Origin: Squalus acanthias
Taxonomy: Eukaryota
Assembly: GCA_030390025.1 (NCBI GenBank)
Contig: CM059437.1
Coordinates: 23,870,001 to 23,934,000, forward strand
Direction of reading: 5' to 3'
DNA length: 64,000 nucleotides
The notes under the pieces were generated by a model. That model did no database searches, was not told where the DNA came from, and saw nothing but the letters and a program-made list of their open reading frames with translations. Shown one piece after another: positions 50,506-63,000 of this stretch (positions are counted from its first letter, which is position 1; each line of letters begins with the position of its first letter). The position numbers and the translations under genes were made by a program.

Positions 50506-52219
50506 TAATCCTAAAACACCTCCTTAAAAAATCACTCATTAAAACAAAGAGCTTGTTCCAGTGTGGCAATTTTCTTCAAATGAGGAAGTCACAGCTGAGA
50601 GAAAGACCTGATTTTATGTGCCATCAACAAAAGCACTGCTTGAAAGAAATACGTATTACAAAAAAAAATTAACTGCAAACTACAAAAGTCACTTCCTGTT
50701 TTTTTCAATGATTTCACACCTGATGGAAAGTAAATCCCCACAGAATCTTTACTGTTAAAGCCAAACTCTCTCTTCGACCAAGCGAATGCAAAAGAAATAA
50801 AGAGTATTTTATTCTGAACGAATTCGACAGTCACATGACTTGGCAAGGAAGACAGAGTCGAGAGTTACAGAGTGCACCGACTGACAGGCCAGTCAACAGC
50901 TGAGACCAGCTGGCATGCTACCAGATAGATGCCAAATAGAAGTCTGAAGAAATCTATGCTTGGTCACTAGATGATTGAATCGGGCCAAACCAGAACTAGT
51001 CTTGGTACAGGTTGTGTGTGTGTGTGTGAGTGTGTGTAAGAAAAATATAAAATAATCTTAACCCACCCAGCAAACCTTTTAATTGCACATTTGGCCATTG
51101 TTCAAGAACCAGGATTTAATTTGGCTCTCATTACCAGTGCCTAATGGGACTGGAGGCTGCCGGGTGTGTGAGACGGTTACAAATACCACCTGAACATTAT
51201 GAGAAAGCACAGTCTTAATGAAGAATATGACACTAAAGAGCTAGTGGAGATGAAAGACCTGTAATTGACAAAGCCATTCCAAACAGCAGGATATTATCCT
51301 TATTGGTAGCACCTTTGAAGTTTGTTTTTTAATCAATTCAGCCTAGTTGGTAAAAAGAAATATTAAATGTAGAATGAGGCATCTTGCAGTGGATTACTTT
51401 TGAGCATAAGCATTCGATAAGTTACAAGCTGCAGTGTCTCCCGAGTGCATTAGCTAACAGCAGTTGATTGTGTTAATTCTGTAACACTGGGAAGTTTTCC
51501 AAAGCGGCAGATCTGTTTTAAGGAATTCAGGCAGTAAAACCTACCATGCATTACTGATTGGTTTCTAGGTTCAATACTTGAGGAAGAGGTGCAGAAACAA
51601 AGAGAGGTGGTTGGGGATTTGAGTTACACTCAATAACAACTAAACACAACTCAAACTTGCTGAAAAATAAACAATACTCCGACTCCAATCTTGGGGCATT
51701 TTCCAAATCGTTATTAGTTATCACATAGATACAAAAGATTTTTTTAATGAAATACACATCTGAGGCAAGAACTGATGTGGCTGCTTTTGCAATGCAGTGG
51801 TGTACACTGATGTGGTCTCACCTCATGCAATTGTACGACTGATTCAGTCTTCTTGATTGACTGAAGTTTACCGCAGAAGACAGGTGCCAGTTTAATCTTG
51901 GTTCTGTTACAAAGCTTTGGCCTTCAGAGTGGGGAAAGTTGCTCTCGAAAGCAGCTGGCAGTCAAATCTCATTAAAGCCGATTTTCATAACTCAAATGCA
52001 TATCTGTCTAAGAAGTAGTTATTTTTCTCTTCCATTCAATGTACTTCTAAAGAACAGCTGTCACCATTCATGCTAACCTTTCATTAAGAGTCAGATTTAC
52101 AGATGATATCCTAATTATTACATTGTGTGCTGGCCAAAGTATATTTGCTACCTCAAATCCCTCAAAACTAACAACTGCACATATGTAACCATTCCTCTCT
52201 CTACCCCACAATTAGTGGC

Positions 52220-52418
52220 AGAGTCTTCTGTCGCCTTGGTCCAATTCTCTGAAACTCCTTCCTAAACCCTTCCACCTCTCCGAAGCTCTCTCTTCAACGA
52301 AGCTTTCCTCCTAATCTCTCTCTTCATAGCTCCCATCTATTTCTTTCCACCCGTCCATGAAGTGCATTAGGAATTTTCTTTAAATGAAAGGTGCTATATC
52401 AATGCAAGTTGTTGTTGA
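52220..52418 (+). mobile_element. Degenerate L2 3' end
   Basis: CTCCTTCCTAAACCC...AAAGGTGCTATATCAATGCAAGTTGTTGTTG. Confidence 0.65.
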
Positions 52419-52447
52419 TGCAACATGTACATGCATGATGGTGCTCT

Positions 52448-52925
52448 GCCGTGTCAGCCGTGGCTCAGTGGGCAGCACTCGCGCCTCTGAGTCAGAAGGT
52501 TGTGGGTTCAAGTCCCACTCCAGAGACTTGAGCACCAAAATCTAGGCTGACACTCCAGTGCAGTGCTGAGGGAGTGCTGCACTGTTGGAGGTGCCGTCTT
52601 TCAGATGAGACGTTAAACCGAGGCCCCGTCTGCTCTCTCAGGTGGACGTAAAAGATTCCATGGCACTATTTCGAAGAAGAGCAGGGGAGTTGTTCCTGGT
52701 GTCCTGGCCAATATTTATCCCTCAATCAACATCATTAAAGCAGATTATCTGGTTATTATCACATTGCTGTTTGTGGGAGCTTGTTGTGTGCAAATTGGCT
52801 GCCGCGTTTCCTACATTACAACAGTGGCTACACTTCAAAAAAAGTACTTCATTGGCTGTAAACCGCTTTGGAGTGTCCTGAGGTTGTGAAAGGCGCTATA
52901 TAAATGCAAGTCTTTCTTTCTTTCT
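52448..52925 (+). mobile_element. Full-length DeuSINE (SacSINE1-like)
   Basis: Intact A/B boxes, Deu-like core and (TCTT)n tail; highly similar to 43477-43947. Confidence 0.93.
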
Positions 52926-53479
52926 CTGAGTATCAGAGAAGACTAGAACATTATTGTATGTGGCCAGTATAAGATGGCTGCCAACACAACTGAGACACAT
53001 TGAATAATACTGCTGGATGGAGTTGGGTTTTGTAAGTGTACATTGGTTCTTACTTTGTTCCTGTGTTTTACTTTTTTATTTAAAGTCAAGAGCCGGCGCA
53101 GACTCGATGGGCCAAAAGGTCTCCTTCTGTGCTGTACTATTCTATGATTCTATGACTAAAGTTTCTAACACCAATGGTGAGATAAAGGGGGAAGCTACAG
53201 TGGTGTTGTGAGTTTCGAGGAGCTTGGAGCAGCCAGTATATTTTGGCTGGCACACATTCTAATAACTAGGGCATTCTCTGCAAGTCTGGGGAATCTGACT
53301 CACAATGGAAGGTTAGTATAAATGCGCCATTGATTAGTGTCCTACCATGCATTGGAGATTTTATGTAGACTTGCCTTCTCAGTGACATCATGCATTCAGA
53401 ATGCAAAACATAGTCTATTGTCCCCACTGCGCTTCCTGGATGATCGGAAAAAGCAACCTACAGAAAGCCTTTTTTCCCC

Positions 53480-53790
53480 CCCTTTGATCTCCTCCTTTTC
53501 TGAAGGCACTGACTGTTCTGGTGGTGCATTCTGGCAGTGCATTCCCGGAGCACTGGCATTCCCCCAGCAGCTCATCTAAATGGCCAATGAGCTTCAGCAG
53601 ACTGTTTGACTGTGGGAAGCATCACAGTTTAGCCCAATCCCGCCTCGTGTAATGCCCACACATATGCACTTTCCATCGGGGGGGGGGGGGGGGGGCGGGG
53701 AGGGCATTCATTGGCTGGAAACTCTGCCCGATTTCTGCGCTGAGCAGCCCAGGATCGAGAGAGATTGTAGCAAACCAACTATTGTCCTAG
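53480..53790 (-). mobile_element. SINE family B, degenerate reverse copy
   Basis: AAATGGCCA...CTGTTTGACTGTGGGAAGCATCACAG. Confidence 0.5.
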
Positions 53791-54518
53791 TAACCTGGGT
53801 AACCAGCAGGAACACGGGAGTGACTGAGAGACACCAGTATATTTGCAGATATCACCCTCTATAATATTTATGATTAAGTGGCAATTCACACGATTACCAC
53901 TAGCATCCTGCTATTAAAAGATTAAAATTTGATAGAATGCCAAGAATATATCTCAACACGAATGGAGGACCCACCTTGTATTCAGTTACTGTAATTGCAG
54001 GTGGTGCTTTGCTCAGCATACTCTTGTTGGGCTGGGTCTTTGTGGTGTGTGGATATTGAAACTGTGGAATAACACGGGCAAACAGCTTGGGGCGGTAGTT
54101 TAGATGTTTCAACTGTGTCAGTGCCAGTCACATCTAGCATCACGCAAGTGCTTGGTGTACTCAGGAATTCAATACTGGGAATTACAAGAAGTGATTTGAG
54201 TATGGCATAGGAAAGTATCATTTCTCACACTGGAGTCTTTTTTCTATAAAATGTCCCCATATTTGTCTTTCAGTAACATATTGGGATTGTTGTGATTACC
54301 TTAATTGTGTCTCTTTTTTCCCCTTAAACTGAAATTTGCCTCTAGAGAACAGTGATTTGCAGCATTGTGAAACCTGATCGCAAGGTATAGTTCGCAACGT
54401 GAAAGGAAATCTTACTGCTCTCGAGGCTACGACCATTATACAAATCATTCTTTTGATGGCACTGCCGAAGTTATAGCGGGACATTCCTGCTGCCCTCCTC
54501 CTTGATTCTCAAGCTCAT

Positions 54519-55392
54519 GGCTGGGAATTTCCTCGACGGTTCACCTGACCGGCTGCATTCACTTTGGTGGAACGGTAGCACTCTCGCCTCTCGGTCCAAA
54601 AGGTTCTGGGTTCAAACCCCACTCCATGGGACTTGAGATCTTAATCCCGGCTGGCACTTCAGTGCAGTGCAGTGCTAAGGGGCTGCTGCGTGGTCGGAGG
54701 TGACATGTTTTGGATGAGACGTTAAGCCGAGACCCTGTCTGCCCTCCTATGTGGACGTAAAAGATCCCACAGCCCTATTTTGAAGAAGCGCAGGACAATC
54801 GCCTCCGGTGCCCTGGCCAACATTTATTCCTCAACCAACACCTAAAACAAACTATCTGGTCATTACCTCATTGCTGTTTGTGGGACCTTGCTGTGCACAA
54901 ATTGGCTGCCGCGTTTCCTACATTACAACAACAACAACTTGCATTTATATAGCGCCTTTAACATAGTAAAACGTCCCAAGGCGCTTCACAGGAACGTTAT
55001 CCAACAAAATTTGACACCAAGCCACATAAGGAGATATTGGGGCAGATGACCAAAATCTTGGTCAAAGATAGGTTTTAAGGAGTAGCTTAAAGGAGGAAAG
55101 AGAGGTAGAGAGGCGGAGAGGTTTAGAGAGGGAATTTCAGAGCTTAGGGCCGAGGCAGTTGAAGGCACGGGTGCCAATAGTGGAGTGATTAAAATTACTA
55201 CAGTGACTACACTTCAAAAGTACTTCATTGGCTATAAACACTTTGGGACATCCTGAGGTCATGAAAGGCGCTATATAAAGGCAAGTTCTTCCTTTCTTTC
55301 CTTCCTTCTGTGACGGTGGAAACACAAATTCCACCGATCTTCCATCAAAGTTACCGCAGCCGATCAGGAAATCCCCCAAGGAAATTATTCAG
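54519..55392. mobile_element. Triple nest: palindromic MITE containing a DeuSINE (+, about 54573-55308) containing an L2 3' fragment (-, about 54931-55193)
   Basis: MITE ends GGCTGGGAATTTCCT / AGGAAATTATTCAG with paired ACTTTGGTGGAA / TTCCATCAAAGT. The SINE is split at a duplicated ATTACAACA / ATTACTACA. Confidence 0.85.
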
Positions 55393-55495
55393 TGATGTAC
55401 TTTGTGCCACGTGGTCCCTCCCTCCTGTAAAGCTCTCGGAGGACTCGTGCTTCAGACTCACCTGGAACATCTACATGGTCGTGACCAGACCGTAG

Positions 55496-55721
55496 GCCAA
55501 TAGATTTTCACCCTTTACTGCTGCCAGTGCTGAGCTTCACATCATGGGAGCACAAATCAGGATCTCGGGCAGGGAGTGCAGTGCAGTCCGCCTCACACGA
55601 TTGTCCATCCTAATGAACGGAAAGTCGTGTGAGGCACATTGACCTCTGCACATGAATTCCTAGCGCGTGCTCCTGTTATCTGAAGCTCTGTGATGGGACT
55701 GCTATTCATAAAATCTACCCC
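55496..55721. mobile_element. Small palindromic MITE
   Basis: TAGATTTTCA...AAAATCTACCCC; inner CCTCACACGATT / AGTCGTGTGAGG. Confidence 0.6.
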
Positions 55722-57224
55722 GTGGTGTCAGCTCATTGGAAATATCTGGCACAATGAACTACTTATAGGTAACTCCCAAGGTCTTCCTTTCCTTGTACAA
55801 TCTACAGGCTTTTTAAAACCACACTTGATGTCACCCGAACCGCCACTTCCTTTTCTACTCTCACCATGGGCCTTAGTCCTTCACTCGGGTTTCTCAAATT
55901 GAAAAAAAAACATAAAAGTAACAAGCTTAAAATATACATTCGTGTCGACGAATGTGACATTTCTGCACAGCAGAGAGTACAGGAGGGGCTGACTATTCTT
56001 TATAAAGCATCTCTTGGTGAAGCTGGCCATTTCGCTCTCCCCGATTCCAGTTATTGCTTTTCACCACAAAAGCTGTGTTTTTTTTTTAACAAAGGTGTGC
56101 ACATGAATAACACCTAATGCGGCCGTATCATCTGAATCTCAGAAAAGAGAGGGCTGCTGTTCACTCTTGGGTCACAGACAGATGGATTAAAGCACCTGGC
56201 AGCCGTCCCAACATCCCCACTAACAATAACAGCCATCCCTGTTCCTCTTCAGTGTCAGGATAAATACTCCAGTTGAATCGGAGCCCCGAGTTGAGTTTTA
56301 CTCCGATTTCCTTTCACAATCATCTCCATCTTTCTGGCTGCCAACGTCAACACAGATCTTATTACTTTAGATCCGTGCGTGTAGCTTTAGATCTGACAAC
56401 TGAAAGCAGCACTTAGCTCCTGAGAAAAACATGTCCTGGGCTACCAGGCAGTTCCTTAGAAACACGTGGTCGAAGATTATGCAGGACAGGAAGAACAAAA
56501 GGCAGATCGAGAACAAGGCTGTGGATGCACAAGAATAAGATTTCAAAATCAGGTAATGAGAGGAAAGAGAAGGGATTTGAGTTATCAATCTTGGCAAAAA
56601 AATGTAACGCTAGCTGGTGTACTGTTTTGGTGGAGAGAGGGCTGTCTCGATGATTTGATGCAGCTTCCACTGATGCACTGCAGAGTTTTTGTTTAAAGAA
56701 TCACAAAGACTGGTCAATTTTTTTGGCGAGTCAGATTTAGAAGCATATGCATACAAGCACAGGTTTGCAATTATTGCTTGAAAAACGAGACTTGACAGAT
56801 AAACAGATAAGAGTTTTCCGAACCATAAAGTGAATCGATGATGCAGCCTCCATGTACTGCACTACCCTCAGAGCAGCAGAATAATGCTGTAGTCAGGGAC
56901 TCTCAGTAACACAGGAGGCCTGTCAGGAATACTGTTGAGTTTTCTTGAACTAGGATTTTGTGAATATTTTTCTCCTCCATTTTTTCCAGTCACCCAGAGG
57001 CAACATACCTTCTGGTTCCCTGTTTGATCCAGAGTTCTGAAACTAGGGTCTACATTTTCCTCTGTCTGTTCAATAATTTTAGTGATAAAGTAGACGGAGT
57101 AAAAAGTGGTGTTATGTCAGTAGAAAGCACTATTGGACCATTCGACACGTTTAAGGATAGATTCGAGATCAACAGCAAAAAGAGAGGAAGGAAATGTGAT
57201 TTTTGCTCCATAATATCATTAATG

Positions 57225-57857
57225 ATAGAATCATAGAATTATACAGCACAGAAGGAGGCCATTCGGCCCATCGTGCCTGTGCCGACTCTTTGAAAGAACT
57301 ATCCAATTAATTCCCCATAGCCCTGCAATTTTTTCACATTCAAGTATTTATCCAATTCCCTTTTGGAAGTTACTATTTAGTCTGCTTCCACCGCCCTTTC
57401 AGGCAGCGCATTCCAGATCACAAAAACTCACTGCATAAAAAAAAATATCCTCATCGCCCCTCTGGTTCTTTTGCCAATTACCTTAAATCTGTGTCCACTG
57501 GTTACCGACCCTCCTGCCAGTGGAAACAGTTTCTCCCCTATCTACTCTATCAAAACCCCTCATAATTTTGAACACCTCTATTAAAACTCCCCTTAACCTT
57601 CCGATGAAAGTTCATCGGCCTGAAACGTTAACACATCTGTCGAGAGAGAAACAGAGTTAAGTATTTCCAGAATTTTCTGGTTTTATTCCCCTTGACCTTC
57701 GCTGCTCTAAGGAGAACAATCCCAGCTTCTCCAGTCTCTCCACGTTACTGAAGTCCTTCATCCCTGGTACCATTCTAGTAAATCTCCTCTGCACCCTCTC
57801 CAAGGCCTTGACATCCTTCCTAAAGTGTGATGCCCAGAATTGGGCCCAAAACTCCAG
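57225..57857 (-). mobile_element. CR1 LINE 3' fragment, interrupted by a PLE remnant
   Basis: Tail ATAGAATCATAGAAT; body CTCCAAGGCCTTGACATCCTTCCTAAAG (RKDVKALE on -). Confidence 0.9.
57602..57686. mobile_element. Rearranged PLE remnant with mutated hammerhead core; 14-bp TSD
   Basis: Flanks TCCCCTTAACCTTC (57588-57601) / TCCCCTTGACCTTC (57687-57700); (C)CGATGA-AAGTTCATCGGCCT-GAAACGTTAAC. Confidence 0.65.
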
Positions 57858-58010
57858 CTTTCTGCAGCAGCAAAATCAAAAATAATGAGTATTTTACTGA
57901 AGGTCAGACCTGGTGTTACTGAGTTTAACGAAGCAAAGGATTTCAAAGTATTATCCCAATAGTTTAAAAAAACAAAGAACACAGAGGATTTTTCTTCCCA
58001 AATGCATGGG

Positions 58011-58226
58011 TGTAGTGGCCATTGAGGGGCATATCTCAGTAGTGGAAGAACAGAAGGAAAAACCCAGACCTTGAGTGTACCGTGACAGAGTTACTACCTG
58101 GGTATGGCAAAGGAACAGTATATAAGGCAGCTCAGGCTCACAAAGAAGGTTATAACTGAGGTGTGCCACCTGGTGCGTAAACACCTGCATTCACAATAAT
58201 CATCTGCAATGCAGTTTTATGCCACA
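58011..58226 (+). mobile_element. Possible solo LTR
   Basis: TGTAG...CCACA termini, internal TATATAAG and an AATAA-like signal; TSD not clean. Confidence 0.3.
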
Positions 58227-59209
58227 GGGACATTGGAGAGGCTTTTGGATTGAATTCAAAGTTTCATAAAGGTGAATTAATTTGATTAAGTTTTATAAAG
58301 CCGTGGTGAACCTGTTTAATATGATTCGCTTATTCCTTGGGTAATAGTTGTGGGCCATTATATTCACCTTGCTAATGGGACAATATCCATTTGGGTATTT
58401 TATTGTCATTACAGGTACTATTATGCACTTGTACATAGTATCTGCGGACATGTTGATGTAGCACATCATGCAATTCATAGAATATACAATTAATACAGTA
58501 GATACCGTAGTTCTATGTGCCCATCCAATCTCTGCAGTCCCAATCTTTTTGGACTCTCCCATACCAAATAACTCCCAGATATTATTTGCTCCTACGGAGT
58601 GAGCTGTTCTAGCCGGATAGTCACCACCCTGTACGACATTATTATGTGGCAGTACTTTCTTTGAATATAAATGTGGTAGGTATAGAGGCCTGGTAACTTC
58701 CTGCAGTACATTCTTGTCCCATCATGGTATGTGCAACTTCATTTGCATAATACTTTCAGTCACACTATTATATTTGCTACCTCTTTGCTATCATTTCCCA
58801 GCATCAGTACAGCAATTTTTCCATACACCTTTAAAAACAAGTACTTCCCTTCATGACCAGATATGTCCTGTACTGCTATTTAACTGTAATATTTAACAGT
58901 AATATTCATACATTCATATCTTACCTTTGTGCTTTTCGTTACGTCATCCAACATCTCCTGGAAATGTTGCCAGGTCTTCTGAGTAGACCAAGGTCAGCAC
59001 CTTTCCCACCCTAGGCAAGGCCCAGGAATCCCAGGGCAATGTAAAAGGAGCGGATATCCCATAACCGACTTTCTGCCTCGTTTTCCTGACACTTGTGCTT
59101 GGACATTCCCCGGGGCAAAGGTCAGAAAAATCATCCCTATCTAGTGGCAGATTAGCAGCACTGCATGATCTTTCTGTAGACTTCAGATAAAATGTCTATT
59201 AGATGTTAG

Positions 59210-59950
59210 GGCCTGAAGTTTCCTCTAGGTTGAGCTGTTTTTCTCCGCACATTTGCCCGAAATTGGCCAAACCAGCGCAAAGGATCGAGGAATTTCAAGT
59301 GCAAATTGCGTCCAGCGCAAATGGAGTTGCCGCAATCTTTTGCACTAGTTTAAAAAACATCACGTTAGAAGCCAGCTCCACTTACCAAACTGGCCACACC
59401 CCAAGATCAAATTAATCATCATGGCGAGTTTCCGCTAATTGCACCTGTTTGCGGGCCTTTGAGGAGGCTCTTAAATGTAAGCCTTTTTTTAGGGTCCGGG
59501 ACACTAATAGGCACATTTTAAAAGCTTTCCAAGGTATATATTTTTTTAATTTACTAAGTAACTGACTACTGCACATCAATATAACTAGCAAATGGTTCTG
59601 TATAGTTTTTTTTTTAAAGTTATTTTCAGTTATTTAAAATTGGGTTACTCAACACTGATTAAAAATGGTTAGTTTTGGTGATAAACCCATTTTCAGCTGT
59701 AATAATAAAACTGCACCAGGTTACCACTCTTAAATATAGTAAGGAATATTTTTTTAAAGCAAAATTTTTTAAAATTATGTTCTAAAACGCTGCCCGATTT
59801 CGTTGGTTCGTGGCAGATTTTATGTTCGGCAATATGCAAAATAAGTTTCAGCAGAAACTTGTAAAAAAAACTCTTCTTAAAACTAGTGCAATTTTTGGCA
59901 CAAATTGCGCCCGGATCACTGACTGTGCCCAAAGTGCAAACTCTTGGCGC
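59210..59950. mobile_element. Harbinger-like non-autonomous element, TSD TAG
   Basis: TAG|GGCCTGAAGTTT...AAACTCTTGGCGC|TAG; inverted internal GCACTAGTTT / AAACTAGTGC. Confidence 0.65.
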
Positions 59951-60014
59951 TAGATATTCAAACACATGGCTTTCTGTAACACTTTTCTGACCTGTATATG
60001 TGAACATTATTGTC

Positions 60015-60488
60015 AACAACAACAACTTGTATTTATATAGCGCCTTTAATGTAGTAAAACGTCCCAAGGCGCTTCAGAGGAGTATTTTAAGACGAAAAAA
60101 TTTGACACTGAGCCACATAAGGATAAATTAGGGCAGGTGACCAAAAGCTTGGTCAAAGAGGTAGGTTTTAAGGAGCGTCTTAAAGCAGGAAAGAGAGGTA
60201 GCGAGGTGGACAGGTTTAGGCAGGGAATTCCAGAGCTTAGGGCCTAGGCAACAGAAGGCACGGCCACCAATGGGTGAGTGATTATGATCAGGGATGCTCA
60301 AGAGGGCAGAATTAGAGGAGCGCAGATATCTCGGGCTGAAGGAGATTACAGAGATAGGGAGGGGCGAGGCCATGGAGGGATTTGAAAACAAGGATGAGAA
60401 TTTTGAAATCGAGGCGTTGCTTAATGGGGAGCCAATGTAGGTCAGCGAGCACAGGGGTGATGGGTGAACGGGACTTGGTGCGAGTTAC
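60015..60488 (-). mobile_element. L2 LINE 3' fragment
   Basis: (CAA)n tail; TRTKSRSPITPVLADLHWLPIKQRLDFKILILVFKSLHGLAPPYL and GGRAF...GPKLWNSLP...FKTLLKTYLF. Confidence 0.93.
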
Positions 60489-62154
60489 TGTAACAGAACT
60501 ATGCACCTTAAATATCAAAGATCTTTCATGTGACTTAGACCAGTGATTTTAGAAAAAAAAGGGTAGATGGAATTTAACTTCAAATGGGATGGTCATCATA
60601 GCAGGACAGGTTATTAAACAAATTCTGTCCACTTTCCCCCATCCAATATATACACACACAATTAGATTCTCTCCCCTTTACTAAAAGCATAATTCCTGAG
60701 TTGAGAAATTGGGCAGGCATTAAAGGTTACACTGCATCCATTTATTGTAAAGATATTTTTTAAATGGCAGGTGTGAACATTTACATTCTGATTGGACACT
60801 TGAGTAAAGATTTTTTTTTTAAATCATAGCCCACCATTTTAATAAATTCTGAATGATCTGTTCCCTTTAAAGCCAAGTACGGACCTAAGCCCCTTCAGAA
60901 AGTTAATATTTAATAAATCACCTTGTCGGCATAAAGAAAACCACAGACTACCATTATCATCACCCTTCCTGGGAACAGTTCTTCGACATTAGCTAACCGT
61001 GAAACAATTGCCAAGTGGCAGTGAGACAAAAATACTAGCCCAGCATTTGCCAAGATAAACAGAAAGAGAAGCAAAAACGTACCAATCTGATTCATACCAT
61101 ATTGTTATCATCTGTATCTTTTTGCAAAGGAAAATGAGTTCAGTTACCCATTGCCTAATAATGATGATGAACATTTATTCGCCCACTAATGTGTTGTTTA
61201 GCATTGAGAATCGGTGCTATAATCCAGGCTCAGTATTTGAACCTGCGAGAGTGCGGAATGAGAAAAGCTCCTTTGCATTGCTCGCTCTCAAGTGCAGAGT
61301 TAATAGGGACATTGTTTATTTTGCACCTACAGGTTTGCAAAATATCTGTCCATCAGATGTTACATGGTCAAATATAAAACTCGTTCAAAACAAGCAGCAG
61401 ACAGAATAGGCCAGGTGGGAGCCACAGGCACAATGGTTGAGGGAGAGTGAAGGGAAGGGAGGTTAATACTGGCACGTGTCCAAATCAGCACCAGCATAAC
61501 ATGTACTCCTTCAGTAAAGGCTTGGTTAAATTGGTATCACGTCGCATATTATCCACCCAATTCTGCAACGGGAGGTTGGATTTCAGGTGGGAAATAGTTT
61601 CTGAATGTCTATTTTTTATTGAATGTACAGGTATTCACATTAAACCAATAACCAAATATTTTACAACACAGAAATGTCCTAGTTGTCTGTTTTCTTACTT
61701 GGAAACAATTTGAGGTGATGACCTTGCTGCCATTGAGTGCAAGAGACGTCCAGTCATATCGTACATGTGTAAATAAGTCACAGAGCAGGCCAAAATGATA
61801 AGTCTCTCTGGATATTATCCATGCTAGTCTAATATCTGGAACAGAGGTGCATAATGACATTCTGGTGAGGTCGACAGGCTGAGATAGTCAAAGTTTCACT
61901 CCACTGCACATTACAATATCATTGTAGCATCTGTTAATGTGTTCATTAAACACAATGCTCAGTCCAGCAATTTAAATATTTTTTTGGAACAATTGGCACA
62001 GAGGTAATTTCTGTTACAGCTAATGCACGTGCTAAGTGTTAGGCCTGCTGGGTTCATCCACCCATCTGTGCTCCGTGCCTTCTGTACAGATAAAAATGCA
62101 CTGAACAAGCAAATATTTTCCACTATGCAAGTTAGACAGCAGAATCGTTATATG

Positions 62155-63000
62155 GACTATGTTCAGACCATACCTTGAATACTGTGGACAGTTCTGGTTG
62201 CTGAGTAACAAGGGAAACATGCAAAGAAGAGATACAAGGCTGATCCCTAGTATCAAGAATTGGAGTGATGAGGAAAGACTGGAAAAACTTGGGCTTTTTA
62301 GCCTGGAAACGAGATGTCTGAGAGGCGATCTTAGAGGTAACATAAGATAGTCAACAGAACAGAAGAGATAAATCTGGAATATTACTTTAAGTTAAACTTA
62401 GCTTCAAACTAGAAAAAGATCAATTTAGGACCGCTGTCTTCACACAAAGGCGATCTAAAACCAGTGCGGGGTAGGGCTCGAACGGGCCAGCAACAGGCCA
62501 AGTTTTTGGAGGAGCACTCCTATTTCTCCAAAACAAAAAATTAAGAGTCTGCTGGCCCACTTTTTGACCAGCCTCCAGCAGACCGCACAATGCCTGATAC
62601 AAAAGAGCAGAGCCAGCACTGTGTACACTCCGTCTATTTGGACCTTAAAATTGCAATCTGGGTCCCACAACCGGCATAGGACCCCAATTTGCATGCTTAA
62701 GCAGACAGGCTGCTTGCCCAGTTACAGGCCCGCTCAAAAATTGCATCAGGTGAGCCGTGGACATTAATGGGGTGGCCGAGGAGCCCACTTGATTTTCAAT
62801 TGGTGGCTGCTCGTTTTCCAGTTGAAACCTGCCCCTAAAGAGTGATCAACGTAAGGAATAAACTTCCAAGAATAGTAGTGGAGCTGAAAATCCCCGAATC
62901 TTTTAGAAAACAACTGAATGCTGAAATGAGCGAACTTTAGGATCTTTCCAGATGGGTGAGTCAAATGACCTTCCTCTTTTCATAACTATCTTGTTATCTT
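62155..63000 (+). mobile_element. Old CR1 fragment split by a GC-richer DNA element (about 62455-62834)
   Basis: RPYLEYCGQFW...ERLEKLGLFSLETRCLRGDL; CR1 resumes AGAGTGATCAAC...; insert ends TGAAACCTGCCCC. Confidence 0.7.
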
